This document shows positions 1 to 9,805 of a DNA stretch of 64,000 nucleotides, one piece after another (position 1 is the first letter of the stretch; each line of letters starts with the position of its first letter). The stretch is from an uncultured Kingella sp. Its GTDB lineage: Bacteria > Pseudomonadota > Gammaproteobacteria > Burkholderiales > Neisseriaceae. The position numbers and the translations under genes are program-made. A model generated the notes under the pieces. That model saw nothing but the letters and a program-made list of their open reading frames with translations. It had not been told where the DNA came from and ran no database searches. The stretch lies in assembly GCA_963529725.1 (NCBI GenBank), contig CAUSAW010000001.1, positions 7,339 through 71,338 on the forward strand, in the 5' to 3' direction.

Positions 1-2
1 TT

Positions 3-545
3 TTATTGCATCACTTCGCAGCCAGCCGCATCAGGCAACGCAGTCGGATCGCTGGCTCTTGAAGAAGTTTCATAAAGATCCGCGCCACCGCTTGTGCAGC
101 GAATAAAAGCAGGAACAGAAGAATCGTAGAACAGAACCAGCTGATTAGCCGACAAAACATCGCTTGAATACAAATCAGCTTTCGGCGCACCCTTCAATAT
201 GTAATTATTGGGATTTGCCTTAACGATGGAGAAATTGTAGTTGTCATTATCCAAGGTAACGACAACGCCCGTTGCTGGCGCGCTAGAAAGATTGTCTTTG
301 GTAACAAACTGAATATCAGGCGGCGTGCAGTTTGTGCCCGCTTGGCAGAAGCTGTGATTTTGCGCATAGTGGCGTTCTAGTGCATGTGCCGTATCCGACA
401 TCATGGCCCGTGCATTATCCAAGCGCGCGCGGCGAATATACGTCATCAAAGATGGATAAGCCAAAGCCGCCAAAATAGCCATAATCACAATGGTTACCAA
501 CAGTTCAATCAACGTAAAGCCTTTTTTTTGCTGAGAAAATTTCAT
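3..545 (-). CDS. Type IV minor pilin, ComP/PilE-like
   Basis: Class III signal peptide KKG|FTLIELLVTIVIMAILAALAYPS. The segment 'YIRRARLDNARAMMSDTAHALERHYAQNHSF' resembles the ComP/PilE alpha-1C helix. Four Cys. Start taken as the ATG at 545. Confidence 0.8.
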   Translation of the reverse strand: MKFSQQKKGFTLIELLVTIVIMAILAALAYPSLMTYIRRARLDNARAMMSDTAHALERHYAQNHSFCQAGTNCTPPDIQFVTKDNLSSAPATGVVVTLDNDNYNFSIVKANPNNYILKGAPKADLYSSDVLSANQLVLFYDSSVPAFIRCTSGGADLYETSSRASDPTALPDAAGCEVMQ

Positions 546-958
546 TTCTTTCCAATCTTTCAAAGTAAATAATTAACTTATAAACCTACATTAAGCAATT
601 TTAATGCAGGTTAGTCTTTTGGGTGGAATAAATAGATTTAAAAATTTTTGTTTTGCCAATTTTCGCAATTAAATTTTTAAAATTCTCCATTTTTTGATTT
701 TTTTTAATTGTATTACACTTTATTTAACAGAGATAATCTTTTTTTACATACTGCTTGTTTTTGTTAATTCTTTCGGTTATCTTGATGCTTCCCTTTCTCC
801 ACAAACCCAGCGTTTAACCAGATTGAACCAATAAATAAGCGTTGTTATGTTGAGCGTGTGCGCGTACCCTAAATCGCTGTCTCGCTTAACCGCATTATAG
901 GTGCATCGGCAAACTTATCCATTTGCAATCAAAGTTACGCAGAATAAAAGAGGTTGTC

Positions 959-2680
959 ATGCAAATATCAGGCGCACAAATCATCGTGCAAAGTCTTCAC
1001 GCAGAAAATGTTGAGTATGTTTTTGGCTACCCCGGTGGTGCAGTATTGGAAATCTACGATGCCATCTATCAGCTCAAAAAACTCAAACACATTCTAACCC
1101 GACACGAGCAAGCCGCCGTTCATGCGGCAGATGCTTATTCTCGTTCCAGCGGCAAAGTGGGCGTTGCCTTGGTTACATCAGGGCCAGGCGCAACCAACGC
1201 GATTACAGGCATTGCCACCGCTTATAGCGATTCCATTCCTTTGGTGGTGATTTCTGGGCAAGTGCCATCAGGCGCAATCGGCACAGATGCGTTCCAAGAA
1301 ATTGATATGATTGGCATTTCTCGCCCATGCGTGAAACACAATTTCTTGGTTACCAACATTGAAGACTTGGCTGTAACCATTAAAAAAGCATTCCAAATTG
1401 CCAAATCGGGTCGCCCCGGTCCCGTGGTGATTGATGTTGCCAAAGATGTTACTCAGGCAACCGCCAAATACAGCTATCCGCAAGAAGATTTGCCCATCCG
1501 CTCGTATCAACCTGTTGTTCAAGGGCATGTAGGGCAAATTAAAAAAGCGGTGCAACTTTTATCCACTGCCAAACGCCCCTTGGTTTACTTCGGCGGCGGC
1601 GCGGTGTTGGGTAATGCGTCCAAAGAATTAACCGATTTAATCCGCACCACAGGCGTACCTTGCACAGGCACGCTGATGGGCTTGGGTGCGTATCCTTCTG
1701 ATGATCGCCAATTCTTGGGCATGCTGGGCATGCACGGCACTTATGAAGCCAACCTAGCCATGCAAAATGCGGATGTTATTTTGGCGGTTGGCGCGCGTTT
1801 TGATGACCGCGTGGTCGGTTCGCCCGCGAAATTTGCCGAAGCACCGAAAAAAATCATCCACATTGATATTGACCCATCCAGCATTTCCAAACGCGTGAAA
1901 GCCGATGTGCCGATTGTGGGCGATGTGAAACACGTTTTAACCGAAATGCTGGGCTTGTGGCGCACGCAAAACGAATCCATCAACGCCAATCATTTGGAAA
2001 AATGGTGGAAAACGATTGAAGAATGGCGTGCGCAAGAGTGTTTAAGGCTGCCTGAAACCGATTTAATCCTGCCGCAATATGTGATTCAAACCTTGGCAAA
2101 AGTAACCAACAACGATGCCATTATTACGTCCGATGTTGGGCAGCACCAAATGTTTGCCGCGCTGTATTATCCTTTCCAGCGTCCGCGCCAATGGCTGAAC
2201 TCGGGCGGCGCAGGTACCATGGGTGTGGGCTTGCCTTACGCTATGGGCGCATACCTTGCCAACCCCGATAAAGACGTGTTCTGCATCACAGGTGAAGGCT
2301 CAATTCAAATGAATATTCAAGAGCTTGGCACTTGCGCACAATACAATTTGCCGATTAAAACCGTGTGCTTGAACAACGGCTATTTGGGCATGGTTCGCCA
2401 ATGGCAAGAGTTGTTCTACGACGAGCGCGAATCGGAAACCAATTTGGAATGCCAGCCCGATTTTGTGAAACTGGTGCAAGCCTATGGGCACGTGGGCATG
2501 CGGATTGAAAAAGCATCCGATGTGGAAGGCGCATTGCGCGAAGCATTAGCCATGAAAGATCGCTTTGTATTCATGGACTTCGTAACCGATCGCAAACAAA
2601 ACGTGTTCCCCATGGTGGGCGCGGGCAAAGGTTTGGACGAAATGGTCTTGCCGCAACACATGCGTTCAACTAAGGCATAA
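959..2680 (+). CDS. ilvI: Acetolactate synthase large subunit
   Basis: FGYPGGAVL, RHEQAAVHAA, VTSGPGATN, GMVRQWQ motifs; RBS GAGG before the ATG at 959. Confidence 0.95.
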   Translation: MQISGAQIIVQSLHAENVEYVFGYPGGAVLEIYDAIYQLKKLKHILTRHEQAAVHAADAYSRSSGKVGVALVTSGPGATNAITGIATAYSDSIPLVVISGQVPSGAIGTDAFQEIDMIGISRPCVKHNFLVTNIEDLAVTIKKAFQIAKSGRPGPVVIDVAKDVTQATAKYSYPQEDLPIRSYQPVVQGHVGQIKKAVQLLSTAKRPLVYFGGGAVLGNASKELTDLIRTTGVPCTGTLMGLGAYPSDDRQFLGMLGMHGTYEANLAMQNADVILAVGARFDDRVVGSPAKFAEAPKKIIHIDIDPSSISKRVKADVPIVGDVKHVLTEMLGLWRTQNESINANHLEKWWKTIEEWRAQECLRLPETDLILPQYVIQTLAKVTNNDAIITSDVGQHQMFAALYYPFQRPRQWLNSGGAGTMGVGLPYAMGAYLANPDKDVFCITGEGSIQMNIQELGTCAQYNLPIKTVCLNNGYLGMVRQWQELFYDERESETNLECQPDFVKLVQAYGHVGMRIEKASDVEGALREALAMKDRFVFMDFVTDRKQNVFPMVGAGKGLDEMVLPQHMRSTKA

Positions 2681-2693
2681 GAAAGGAACAAAA

Positions 2694-3185
2694 ATGCGAC
2701 ATATTTTGTCTGTTTTGCTGGAAAACGAATCTGGCGCACTGAGCCGCGTGGTTGGCTTGTTTTCGGCACGGAATTACAACATTGATTCATTATCGGTTGC
2801 CCCCACCGAAGATCCTACGCTTTCGCGCATGACCATTGTTACGCATGGCAGCGATGGCGTGATTGAACAAATCACCAAACAACTCAACAAGTTAGTTGAA
2901 GTGGTTAAAGTGGTGGACTTGAACGAAGGGCAACACAACGAGCGCGAATTGATGCTGGTTAAAGTGCGTGCCACAGGCAAAGAGCGCGATGAAGTGCTGC
3001 GCTTGGCAAACATTTATCGCGGTCAAGTGATTGATGTTACTGATAAAACATACACAATTGAAGTAACAGGCGTTAGCGAAAAATTAGACAGCTTGCTGGT
3101 TAATTTGCCGCAAAATTCCATTTTGGAAACTGTGCGAACGGGCGCGTCTGGCATTGGACGCGGTGAGCGCGTACTGAAAATTTAA
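2694..3185 (+). CDS. ilvH: Acetolactate synthase small regulatory subunit
   Basis: MRHILSVLLENESGALSRVVGLFSARNYNIDSL ACT domain; follows ilvI. Confidence 0.95.
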   Translation: MRHILSVLLENESGALSRVVGLFSARNYNIDSLSVAPTEDPTLSRMTIVTHGSDGVIEQITKQLNKLVEVVKVVDLNEGQHNERELMLVKVRATGKERDEVLRLANIYRGQVIDVTDKTYTIEVTGVSEKLDSLLVNLPQNSILETVRTGASGIGRGERVLKI

Positions 3186-3202
3186 TGTTGCGTGTGTGAT
3201 TT

Positions 3203-3238
3203 AAACCGTCATTATGCTTTGTGCTGATGGCGGTTTTT
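3203..3238 (+). terminator. Rho-independent terminator of ilvIH
   Basis: AAACCGTCA...TGATGGCGGTTTTT hairpin with T tract just after the stop. Confidence 0.7.
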
Positions 3239-3584
3239 GCTTGCGTGGGCAAAACCGATTTTCAGGCTGCCTTTGACGGATAAGGCAGCCTGAAAACCAT
3301 ATCCACCTTGTAAACATCAACCCCATCCATTTTCAGGCTGCCTAATCTATCCACCTTTTCCCCAATCAACCATTTTCTCGCCCAAAGGCAGCCTGAAAAC
3401 CCCAATATCGCGCATTATCCGCCATACAAATAATATCAACGACTTACACCAAATTTCATAATTTTCTTTTTATTTTCAACAAGTAACAAAGTCAAGCAAA
3501 ATCCAAATCTGCCCATTTTGCATAAAAAATGAGCAACCGAAGCCATGCCATGATATTGCAACAAAATTTGATTGCAGACGCATA

Positions 3585-3619
3585 TTTTCCACAAAGTTAT
3601 CCACAAAATATGTGGGCAA
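3585..3619. promoter_or_regulatory. Cluster of three DnaA boxes
   Basis: TTTTCCACA (3585), perfect TTATCCACA (3597), and inverted TGTGGGCAA (3611), downstream of an AT-rich tract. Confidence 0.55.
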
Positions 3620-3672
3620 AATTTGTTGTTCGAATGTTAAAATCCGTCTCTATTTTGTAAACAGGAATCCCC

Positions 3673-4992
3673 ATGAATCCCTCTTTCTCTTGGCAAGAAT
3701 TCATCGTCAATCTATTTGCCCGCAAAGCCTTTACCGCCAACCTGCTGGAACGCAGTTTCAGGCAGCCTATGGGCTGGGTGGAGCTGGCGATTATGCTGGC
3801 TTTAACGTTTATCGCCTATCGCGCATCGGAAAAATGGACGCAATCGTCCAAAATCAAGGCGATTCGTTTTCGCGTGATTCGTCATGTGTTGCGACGTTTG
3901 CTGTTTCCCGTTTTGCTGCTTATTTTGGCGCTGGTGGCGCAAGTGGCATGGCAAGCGGCGGGCTTTCATGCGGTGTGGCTGAAACTTTTGGTGTTGGCGG
4001 CGAACTGGATGATGCTGATTCGGCTACTGCTAGCGCTGATTAACGGCGCGTTTCCCAAAAGCGCGCGCTCGGATGCGATTGAGCGCGTGGCATCCACAGG
4101 GCTTTGGGGCTGTTTTATTTTGTGGCTTTCGGGCATTGATACCTGGATTATTGATTGGCTCAAATCGCTGCAAATCCCCATCGGCGCAAGCAAGCTCAAT
4201 GTTTACACCATTTTAAGCGGCTTGCTGTGGGTGGGCATTATGATGGTGTTTACCATGTGGTTTTATCGCTGGCTCAACGCACGCCTGATGGCAAGCGCAC
4301 GGCTGGATATAAACCTGCGGATTGTGTTGTCCAAAGTGATGAAAACGCTGCTGATGGTGCTATCGGTGTTGGTTGCGCTGCCATTGGTGGGCATTGATTT
4401 AACGGTGTTATCCGTGTTTGGCGGCGCGCTTGGCGTGGGCTTGGGCTTTGGTTTGCAAAAAATCGCCAGCAATTATGTGTCGGGCTTCATCATCTTGGCA
4501 GACCGCTCCATCCGCATCAACGACCGCCTAACCGTAAACGGCTTCACAGGCTATGTAACCGAAATCACTTCGCGCTTTGTGGTGCTGCGTAGCGCAACCG
4601 GCGCAGAAGCGCTGATTCCCAACGAAACCTTTGTTACCAACACCGTTATCAACGAATCCTACACCGCGCGCGCCTTGTATCAAACGTTGGATGTGCAAGT
4701 TGCCTATTCCACCGATTTAACGCTGGCAATGGATATTTTGCGCGAAGCTGCCGCGGCGCAAGAGCGCGTTGGTACCAATCCTGCTCCCAATGCTTTGTTG
4801 CTCGGATTTGGCGACAATGGCATCAATCTTCGTGTTGGCTTTTGGGTGAACGACCCCGAAAACGGCTTTGGCACGCTGTTCTCCGACATCTTGCTCACCA
4901 TTTGGCAACGGTTTAACGAAGAAGGCATTGAACTGCCGTTCCCGCAACGCGAAGTGCGCATTTTGAACAATGACGACAATAAGGCAGTCTGA
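3673..4992 (+). CDS. MscS-family mechanosensitive channel
   Basis: GGALGVGLGFGLQKIASNYVSG and GIELPFPQREV motifs; multiple TM helices. Confidence 0.9.
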   Translation: MNPSFSWQEFIVNLFARKAFTANLLERSFRQPMGWVELAIMLALTFIAYRASEKWTQSSKIKAIRFRVIRHVLRRLLFPVLLLILALVAQVAWQAAGFHAVWLKLLVLAANWMMLIRLLLALINGAFPKSARSDAIERVASTGLWGCFILWLSGIDTWIIDWLKSLQIPIGASKLNVYTILSGLLWVGIMMVFTMWFYRWLNARLMASARLDINLRIVLSKVMKTLLMVLSVLVALPLVGIDLTVLSVFGGALGVGLGFGLQKIASNYVSGFIILADRSIRINDRLTVNGFTGYVTEITSRFVVLRSATGAEALIPNETFVTNTVINESYTARALYQTLDVQVAYSTDLTLAMDILREAAAAQERVGTNPAPNALLLGFGDNGINLRVGFWVNDPENGFGTLFSDILLTIWQRFNEEGIELPFPQREVRILNNDDNKAV

Positions 4993-5128
4993 AAAAGCCT
5001 TTTGTCCGTTTTCAGGCTGCCCTATCCGATTAGCTAATAGTGCAAATGTATGGCGATGTAAAAAATCCCCCGAAAGATTAAATTTGCTGTACATTGCACA
5101 AACCAATCTACCGAAAGGAACATACATC

Positions 5129-5419
5129 ATGAAAAAACTAATTCTTACCAGCGCAATTGCTCTGTTTGTTGCCAGCCCATTGGCAATGGCAAAAGACCCC
5201 ACCATAGCCTCCAACTCATCCAGCGTAACAGACGCTGGCTTTATCAACAGCATGGCTTCCGCTGCCAACGGCATGGGCGCAAAAGAGCCGCTCACAATCA
5301 GCGAAAGCAACGATGGTGGCAAGCGCGTGTTGGTGGTGGCAGGCAGCAATGGCACAACTTGCCGCGTGCCCGTTTCCGATGGCAATCCGCCTAAAATGAT
5401 GGGCATCAACTGCAAATAA
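5129..5419 (+). CDS. Small secreted hypothetical protein (96 aa, 2 Cys)
   Basis: RBS AAAGGAA, signal peptide MKKLILTSAIALFVASPLAMA, own terminator downstream. Confidence 0.75.
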   Translation: MKKLILTSAIALFVASPLAMAKDPTIASNSSSVTDAGFINSMASAANGMGAKEPLTISESNDGGKRVLVVAGSNGTTCRVPVSDGNPPKMMGINCK

Positions 5420-5430
5420 TACAACACAAC

Positions 5431-5460
5431 AAAGCCCCAGCCAAAATGGTTGGGGCTTTT
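5431..5460. terminator. Bidirectional terminator hairpin
   Basis: AAAGCCCCAGCC-AAAAT-GGTTGGGGCTTTT between convergent genes. Confidence 0.7.
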
Positions 5461-5492
5461 GCTTGCCTGCTTTATATCAGGCAGCCTGAAAA

Positions 5493-6695
5493 TCAGAATT
5501 CGGTTTCGGTGGCGTTGCCGCCGCTCAAAGATGCGGATGCGGGCGCGCTGGCTGTGATTTCAGGCTGCGGTAACAAGCCTGCTTTTAAGTTTAATGCTGC
5601 GGCGTTAAGCGTAGGATAGTCGCTGAATGTGATTTGATAGCCGCCTGTGCTGTTGCCACGCAGTTGCGCACGCGCGCCCAATGGGAACGAAGTTTTGTTG
5701 GCAACATGACCAAATGGGAAACCCGTGTAAACAGGCACGCCTGTTGCGCGCGCGATGACTTGCGACACGTTGGTTAAATCGTAGCTGCTGTCGTAAACAT
5801 CGCGGATATTACCCATGCGAAAATCGCCCAACACAATCGCTTGCTGGCTTTTCAAAACACCTGCCAAATGCAGCGTTTGCAGCATTCGTTCAATGCGATA
5901 CGGCTGCTCGGCAACGTCTTCAATAAACAAAATACCGCCTTGAATTTTCGGCATATAGGGCGAGCCTGCCAATGATGCCAACACGCTCAAATTACCGCCC
6001 CACAAAATACCGTCCGCATCTTTCACGCGCGAAGTTTGGTAGGCGGATACCGCAACCGTGGTGCTGGCGGAAGTGGTGGTGCGGATAAAGCTGTCCATTG
6101 TGTATAAGCTGGGTTGCGGCTTGGCAAATTCGCTGTACAACATTGGACCTGCGAAACTGGGCATGCCACTTTGTGCCAACAATGCCAGCTGAATAGCGGT
6201 TACATCGCTGAATCCAAACAACAAAGTTTGCTGCTCGCGCATTCGTGCGCCTAAGTTGCTCCAATCAATGTGTGGCAACAAGCGTGCTGCTCCATAGCCA
6301 CCGCGTGTGCCCATCAATACTTTGGGCGTTGGCACGCGCCCTGTTGCCACATCTTGAAAATCGGCAATGCGCTCAAAATCGCTGCCCGCAAAACGTTGAA
6401 AGCGACGGTAAGCAGCAGTGTGGTTGGTGATGGAAAAACCTGCTTGGGCAAGGCGATCCAGCCCTGTTTGGATGCGGCTGCTGTCTTCGCAAAAGCCTGA
6501 TGACGCAAAAATTCGCATGGTGTTGTCGCCTTGGGTGCGCGATGGGGTTACAGTTGGAGTTTGGGGTTGGGGATTGACTGGCGTTTGAGGTTGCGGCTGT
6601 GGTTTGGGGCTACTACCGCAAGCAGCTAACACACCGCTGCCAGCGACGATGAGCGAAGTTTGCAACAAATATCGGCGCGATAAAGTGAAATGCAT
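5493..6695 (-). CDS. ldcA: LD-carboxypeptidase (peptidase S66), Tat-exported lipoprotein
   Basis: RGGYG, GFSDVT, GGNLS, FPFGH motifs; N-terminal SRRYLL twin-arginine motif, LAAC lipobox and PQ-rich linker. Confidence 0.9.
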   Translation of the reverse strand: MHFTLSRRYLLQTSLIVAGSGVLAACGSSPKPQPQPQTPVNPQPQTPTVTPSRTQGDNTMRIFASSGFCEDSSRIQTGLDRLAQAGFSITNHTAAYRRFQRFAGSDFERIADFQDVATGRVPTPKVLMGTRGGYGAARLLPHIDWSNLGARMREQQTLLFGFSDVTAIQLALLAQSGMPSFAGPMLYSEFAKPQPSLYTMDSFIRTTTSASTTVAVSAYQTSRVKDADGILWGGNLSVLASLAGSPYMPKIQGGILFIEDVAEQPYRIERMLQTLHLAGVLKSQQAIVLGDFRMGNIRDVYDSSYDLTNVSQVIARATGVPVYTGFPFGHVANKTSFPLGARAQLRGNSTGGYQITFSDYPTLNAAALNLKAGLLPQPEITASAPASASLSGGNATETEF

Positions 6696-6738
6696 GGGGT
6701 TTCCTTATGGGTGAACAAAACGGCGTATTATCGCGTTT

Positions 6739-7143
6739 TCAGGCTGCATTTAGAATGTGTTTTACTTGATTTGACCAGTTTTCAGGCAGCCTGAAAACGG
6801 CTTGGCGCGTAGCCGCTGCCCAAATGGGCGCAGGAAAGCAAGCATCGTCTTTAAACCGCGCGATAACGTGCCAATGCAAATGCGGCACCACATTGCCCAA
6901 GCTGGCTAGATTGATTTTTTCAGGCTGCAATACTTGGCGCATCGCTGCTTCCGCCTTGTAAACCATTTCCATCAGTTCAGCGCGTTCTGCGGGCTGCAAA
7001 TCGGTCATCTCGGCAACATGATGTTGCCAAATCACGCGACAAAAGGCTGGCGCGTTGGGTTCGTTGTGCACGGCAATCACGCGCAGATTAGGCGTTTGCA
7101 GCAAAATTTCTTCGTTCTGCGCGGTGCAAATGGGGCAATCCAT
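6739..7143 (-). CDS. HIT family protein
   Basis: CPIC N-terminus and GNVVPHLHWHVIAR histidine triad. Confidence 0.9.
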   Translation of the reverse strand: MDCPICTAQNEEILLQTPNLRVIAVHNEPNAPAFCRVIWQHHVAEMTDLQPAERAELMEMVYKAEAAMRQVLQPEKINLASLGNVVPHLHWHVIARFKDDACFPAPIWAAATRQAVFRLPENWSNQVKHILNAA

Positions 7144-7215
7144 GTGCAATCGTCTCCATAAATATTTTCAGGCTGCCTCAATGTTTAAAGGCAGCCTGAA
7201 AAAGTGTGGCGTTGA

Positions 7216-8436
7216 TTATTTAGTTTGTGGAAGTACAGTAGGCTTGCTGTCAAAAGTATCCAAGTCTTGACCTGGAACAGACAACAAATCGCCACGGTTC
7301 ACGTTTTTAATGCTTTCCAAAATAATGGCAGAAGAAACGTGCTCGCCTGTGCGGTAAACCATTGCCAAGCCGATTTCTTCGTTTGGCGTGTTAACAAAGT
7401 GAGACGCTTTTTCGTTCGGGCTATTCCATTCGGATTTCACCACTCTGCCACGACGATAAATGCTCAACACAGTGCCGTTATCCAAACCTTCGGCTGCGCC
7501 TTTGTTCAGAATCAGGGTTTGCATCGCGCCGCTTTCTTCCACGCCTTCCATAATGGAAACGATGTCTGCATCAACACGCGTTGCAGGCTCGTGTGGCACA
7601 TAGTGGAATTCGGTCAATTCAGGCGATTTTTTAATCAAGTAGTCGCCTTGATGGATTTCAGACAATGAGCCGTCAATAATCATAGGTTGCGCGGTGCGTG
7701 TTGCCACTTTTTTACCGATTAACAAACCATTTTTGGTGTTTGAATAGTATTCGTTGCTTGCCAAGTTGGCTTCTTCTTCCGCGGTGCGGTATGACAAACG
7801 GCTGTTTGGTGTAATCAAAGTAGAAGCTTCGCCTACATATTCAACCAAAATGCCCAAGTTTGCTTTGCTGCGTGGATCTACGATTGGACCTTTGGGGCGG
7901 AAGATGAGATAAGTGCCTGTTTCTGCGATGCCATCGGCGTAGATGCGATCGCCGCCAGAGTAATACATACGATCATCAGCGCCTGAAACAATGCGAGCTG
8001 CGCGCGACAATTGTTCCTTAGTCATGAATTGTGGCGTTTTCATGAACATATGATAGAAGTTCACGTTGATGGTTGGGATGGCGTAGCCTGAGCCCAAATC
8101 GCGCACGCGTGGGTTTAGTTTAAAGGTTGGGATGTCGCTCTTGCTGCCACGCGCTACGCTCAAACGGGGTTTGCCGTTTACATAAGTGAGCACCAATGTT
8201 TGACCTGGATAGATCAAATTGGGGTTTTTAATTTGCTTGCGGTTCATGCCCCATAGTGCTGGCCATTTCCAAGGGCGGTATAGGTATTTTCCTGAAATGC
8301 CCCATAGGGTGTCGCCTTGTTTTACGGTGTAACGCGCGGGGGCGTTTTTTCTCACGCGCAAGGTTTCGGCCGTTGCGGCGGTGGTTGAAATCATCATACC
8401 TGCTGCACAAAGCAGCGTTATAATTGTTTTTTGCAT
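7216..8436 (-). CDS. tsaP: LysM peptidoglycan-binding, T4P secretin-associated protein
   Basis: Signal peptide; LysM YTVKQGDTLWGIS...IKNPNLIYPGQ; divergent from def-fmt. Confidence 0.8.
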   Translation of the reverse strand: MQKTIITLLCAAGMMISTTAATAETLRVRKNAPARYTVKQGDTLWGISGKYLYRPWKWPALWGMNRKQIKNPNLIYPGQTLVLTYVNGKPRLSVARGSKSDIPTFKLNPRVRDLGSGYAIPTINVNFYHMFMKTPQFMTKEQLSRAARIVSGADDRMYYSGGDRIYADGIAETGTYLIFRPKGPIVDPRSKANLGILVEYVGEASTLITPNSRLSYRTAEEEANLASNEYYSNTKNGLLIGKKVATRTAQPMIIDGSLSEIHQGDYLIKKSPELTEFHYVPHEPATRVDADIVSIMEGVEESGAMQTLILNKGAAEGLDNGTVLSIYRRGRVVKSEWNSPNEKASHFVNTPNEEIGLAMVYRTGEHVSSAIILESIKNVNRGDLLSVPGQDLDTFDSKPTVLPQTK

Positions 8437-8605
8437 TAGGAATCCCCTGTTAGCTTTGATGAGTTGGATTACATTATTTAACGAACAATTGCAATGATAG
8501 TGCATTTTAAATTGTTTAGGCTAGCATTATACTAAAATGCGTTAAGGAAATTGGCATCTATGCCACAGTTTTTTAAAAATCACACAAATTGAGGATATTT
8601 ATTTT

Positions 8606-9109
8606 ATGGCTTTATTACCTATTTTAACGCATCCTGACGAGCGCCTGCACATTGTCGCCAAACCCGTAGAACAGGTGGACGATCGCATTCGCACGCTGGT
8701 TGCCGATATGGCGGAAACGATGTACGCATCCAAAGGTATTGGCTTGGCGGCAACTCAGGTAAATGTGCACGAGCGGGTGGTGGTGATTGATTTATCGGAA
8801 GAGAAAAACCAACTGCTTGCGCTGATTAATCCTGTTATCACCCAAAAAGACGGCGAGACGACTTACGAAGAGGGTTGCTTGTCTGTGCCGGGGATTTACG
8901 AGGAAGTTACCCGCGCGGAAACGATTACGGTAGAATTTTTAGACATTCAGGGCAACAAGCAAACGCTGGATGCGGATGGTTTGCTGGCGATTTGCATTCA
9001 GCATGAGCTGGATCACTTGCTGGGCAAGTTGTTTGTGCAATATTTGTCGCCGCTGAAACAAAATCGGATTAAAACCAAAATGAAAAAACGCCAGCGCGAG
9101 ACGATGTGA
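8606..9109 (+). CDS. def: Peptide deformylase
   Basis: [19 protein letters not shown] motifs. Confidence 0.97.
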   Translation: MALLPILTHPDERLHIVAKPVEQVDDRIRTLVADMAETMYASKGIGLAATQVNVHERVVVIDLSEEKNQLLALINPVITQKDGETTYEEGCLSVPGIYEEVTRAETITVEFLDIQGNKQTLDADGLLAICIQHELDHLLGKLFVQYLSPLKQNRIKTKMKKRQRETM

Positions 9110-9166
9110 TTTTCAGGCTGCCTTATTATAATGTGAGGCAGCCTGAAACGTTTTCAGAAGAAGGAA

Positions 9167-9784
9167 ATGACAATGGCGCGTTTGCAGCGGGTTTATTTGT
9201 ATTATTCGTATGCGGTGTTTGTGGTTTTGCTGTTTACCGCGTGGTGGCAGTATCAATTTGCTTTATTTTTGCTTTTAAGTTTTATTTTGCTTATTTGCAA
9301 TGCGACGATGCAACGCTTGGCGCGGCTTGCAAAAAACCGCTATGCTGATTACGCTAACCCATACGCCACCCCAATGGATGCCACCACGCCCGCCGCGCTA
9401 TTGTATGGCTTGATTGTGTTGGCTTATCTGCTGTTTTCGGAATTGCTCACCAACCCCAGCCGCTTTAACTGGCTGCTGTTTGCAATTTGAGCGGGGCTGA
9501 TTTTGCTGCCCAGCCTTTATTTTGAGCTGCAAGTAAACCGCCTTATCGCGCAAATGCCCGCTACCGCTGCCATAAGGCAGCCTGAAAAATGGTCTGCGGG
9601 CAAAAAGCTGCTTTGGCTGCTACACGGGCTTGTGCCCTTGGGCATGGCGGCGTTCTCTTTTTATAGCGCGTTTACTCTCCACGACCATTCGGTAATGTGG
9701 CTAAAAGTGGGCTTTTTTACCTTGCTGATTGGGATTTTTATCTATCGCTATTTGCTGCTGCACTTGGGTTTTGAGGCAGCCTGA
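9167..9784 (+). pseudogene. Multi-TM hypothetical protein (paralog A) split by an in-frame TGA
   Basis: ORFs 9167-9490 and 9503-9784 are in the same frame, separated by TGA at 9488-9490; together they align with paralog B. Confidence 0.7.
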
Positions 9785-9805
9785 AACGTTTTTGGGAAAA
9801 ATAGG

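Noticed and set aside
780..958. Possible leader-peptide attenuator upstream of ilvI (short ORFs MLPFLHKPSV and MLSVCAYPKSLSRLTAL)
   Set aside because: There is no convincing Ile/Leu/Val run, RBS or terminator/antiterminator pair.
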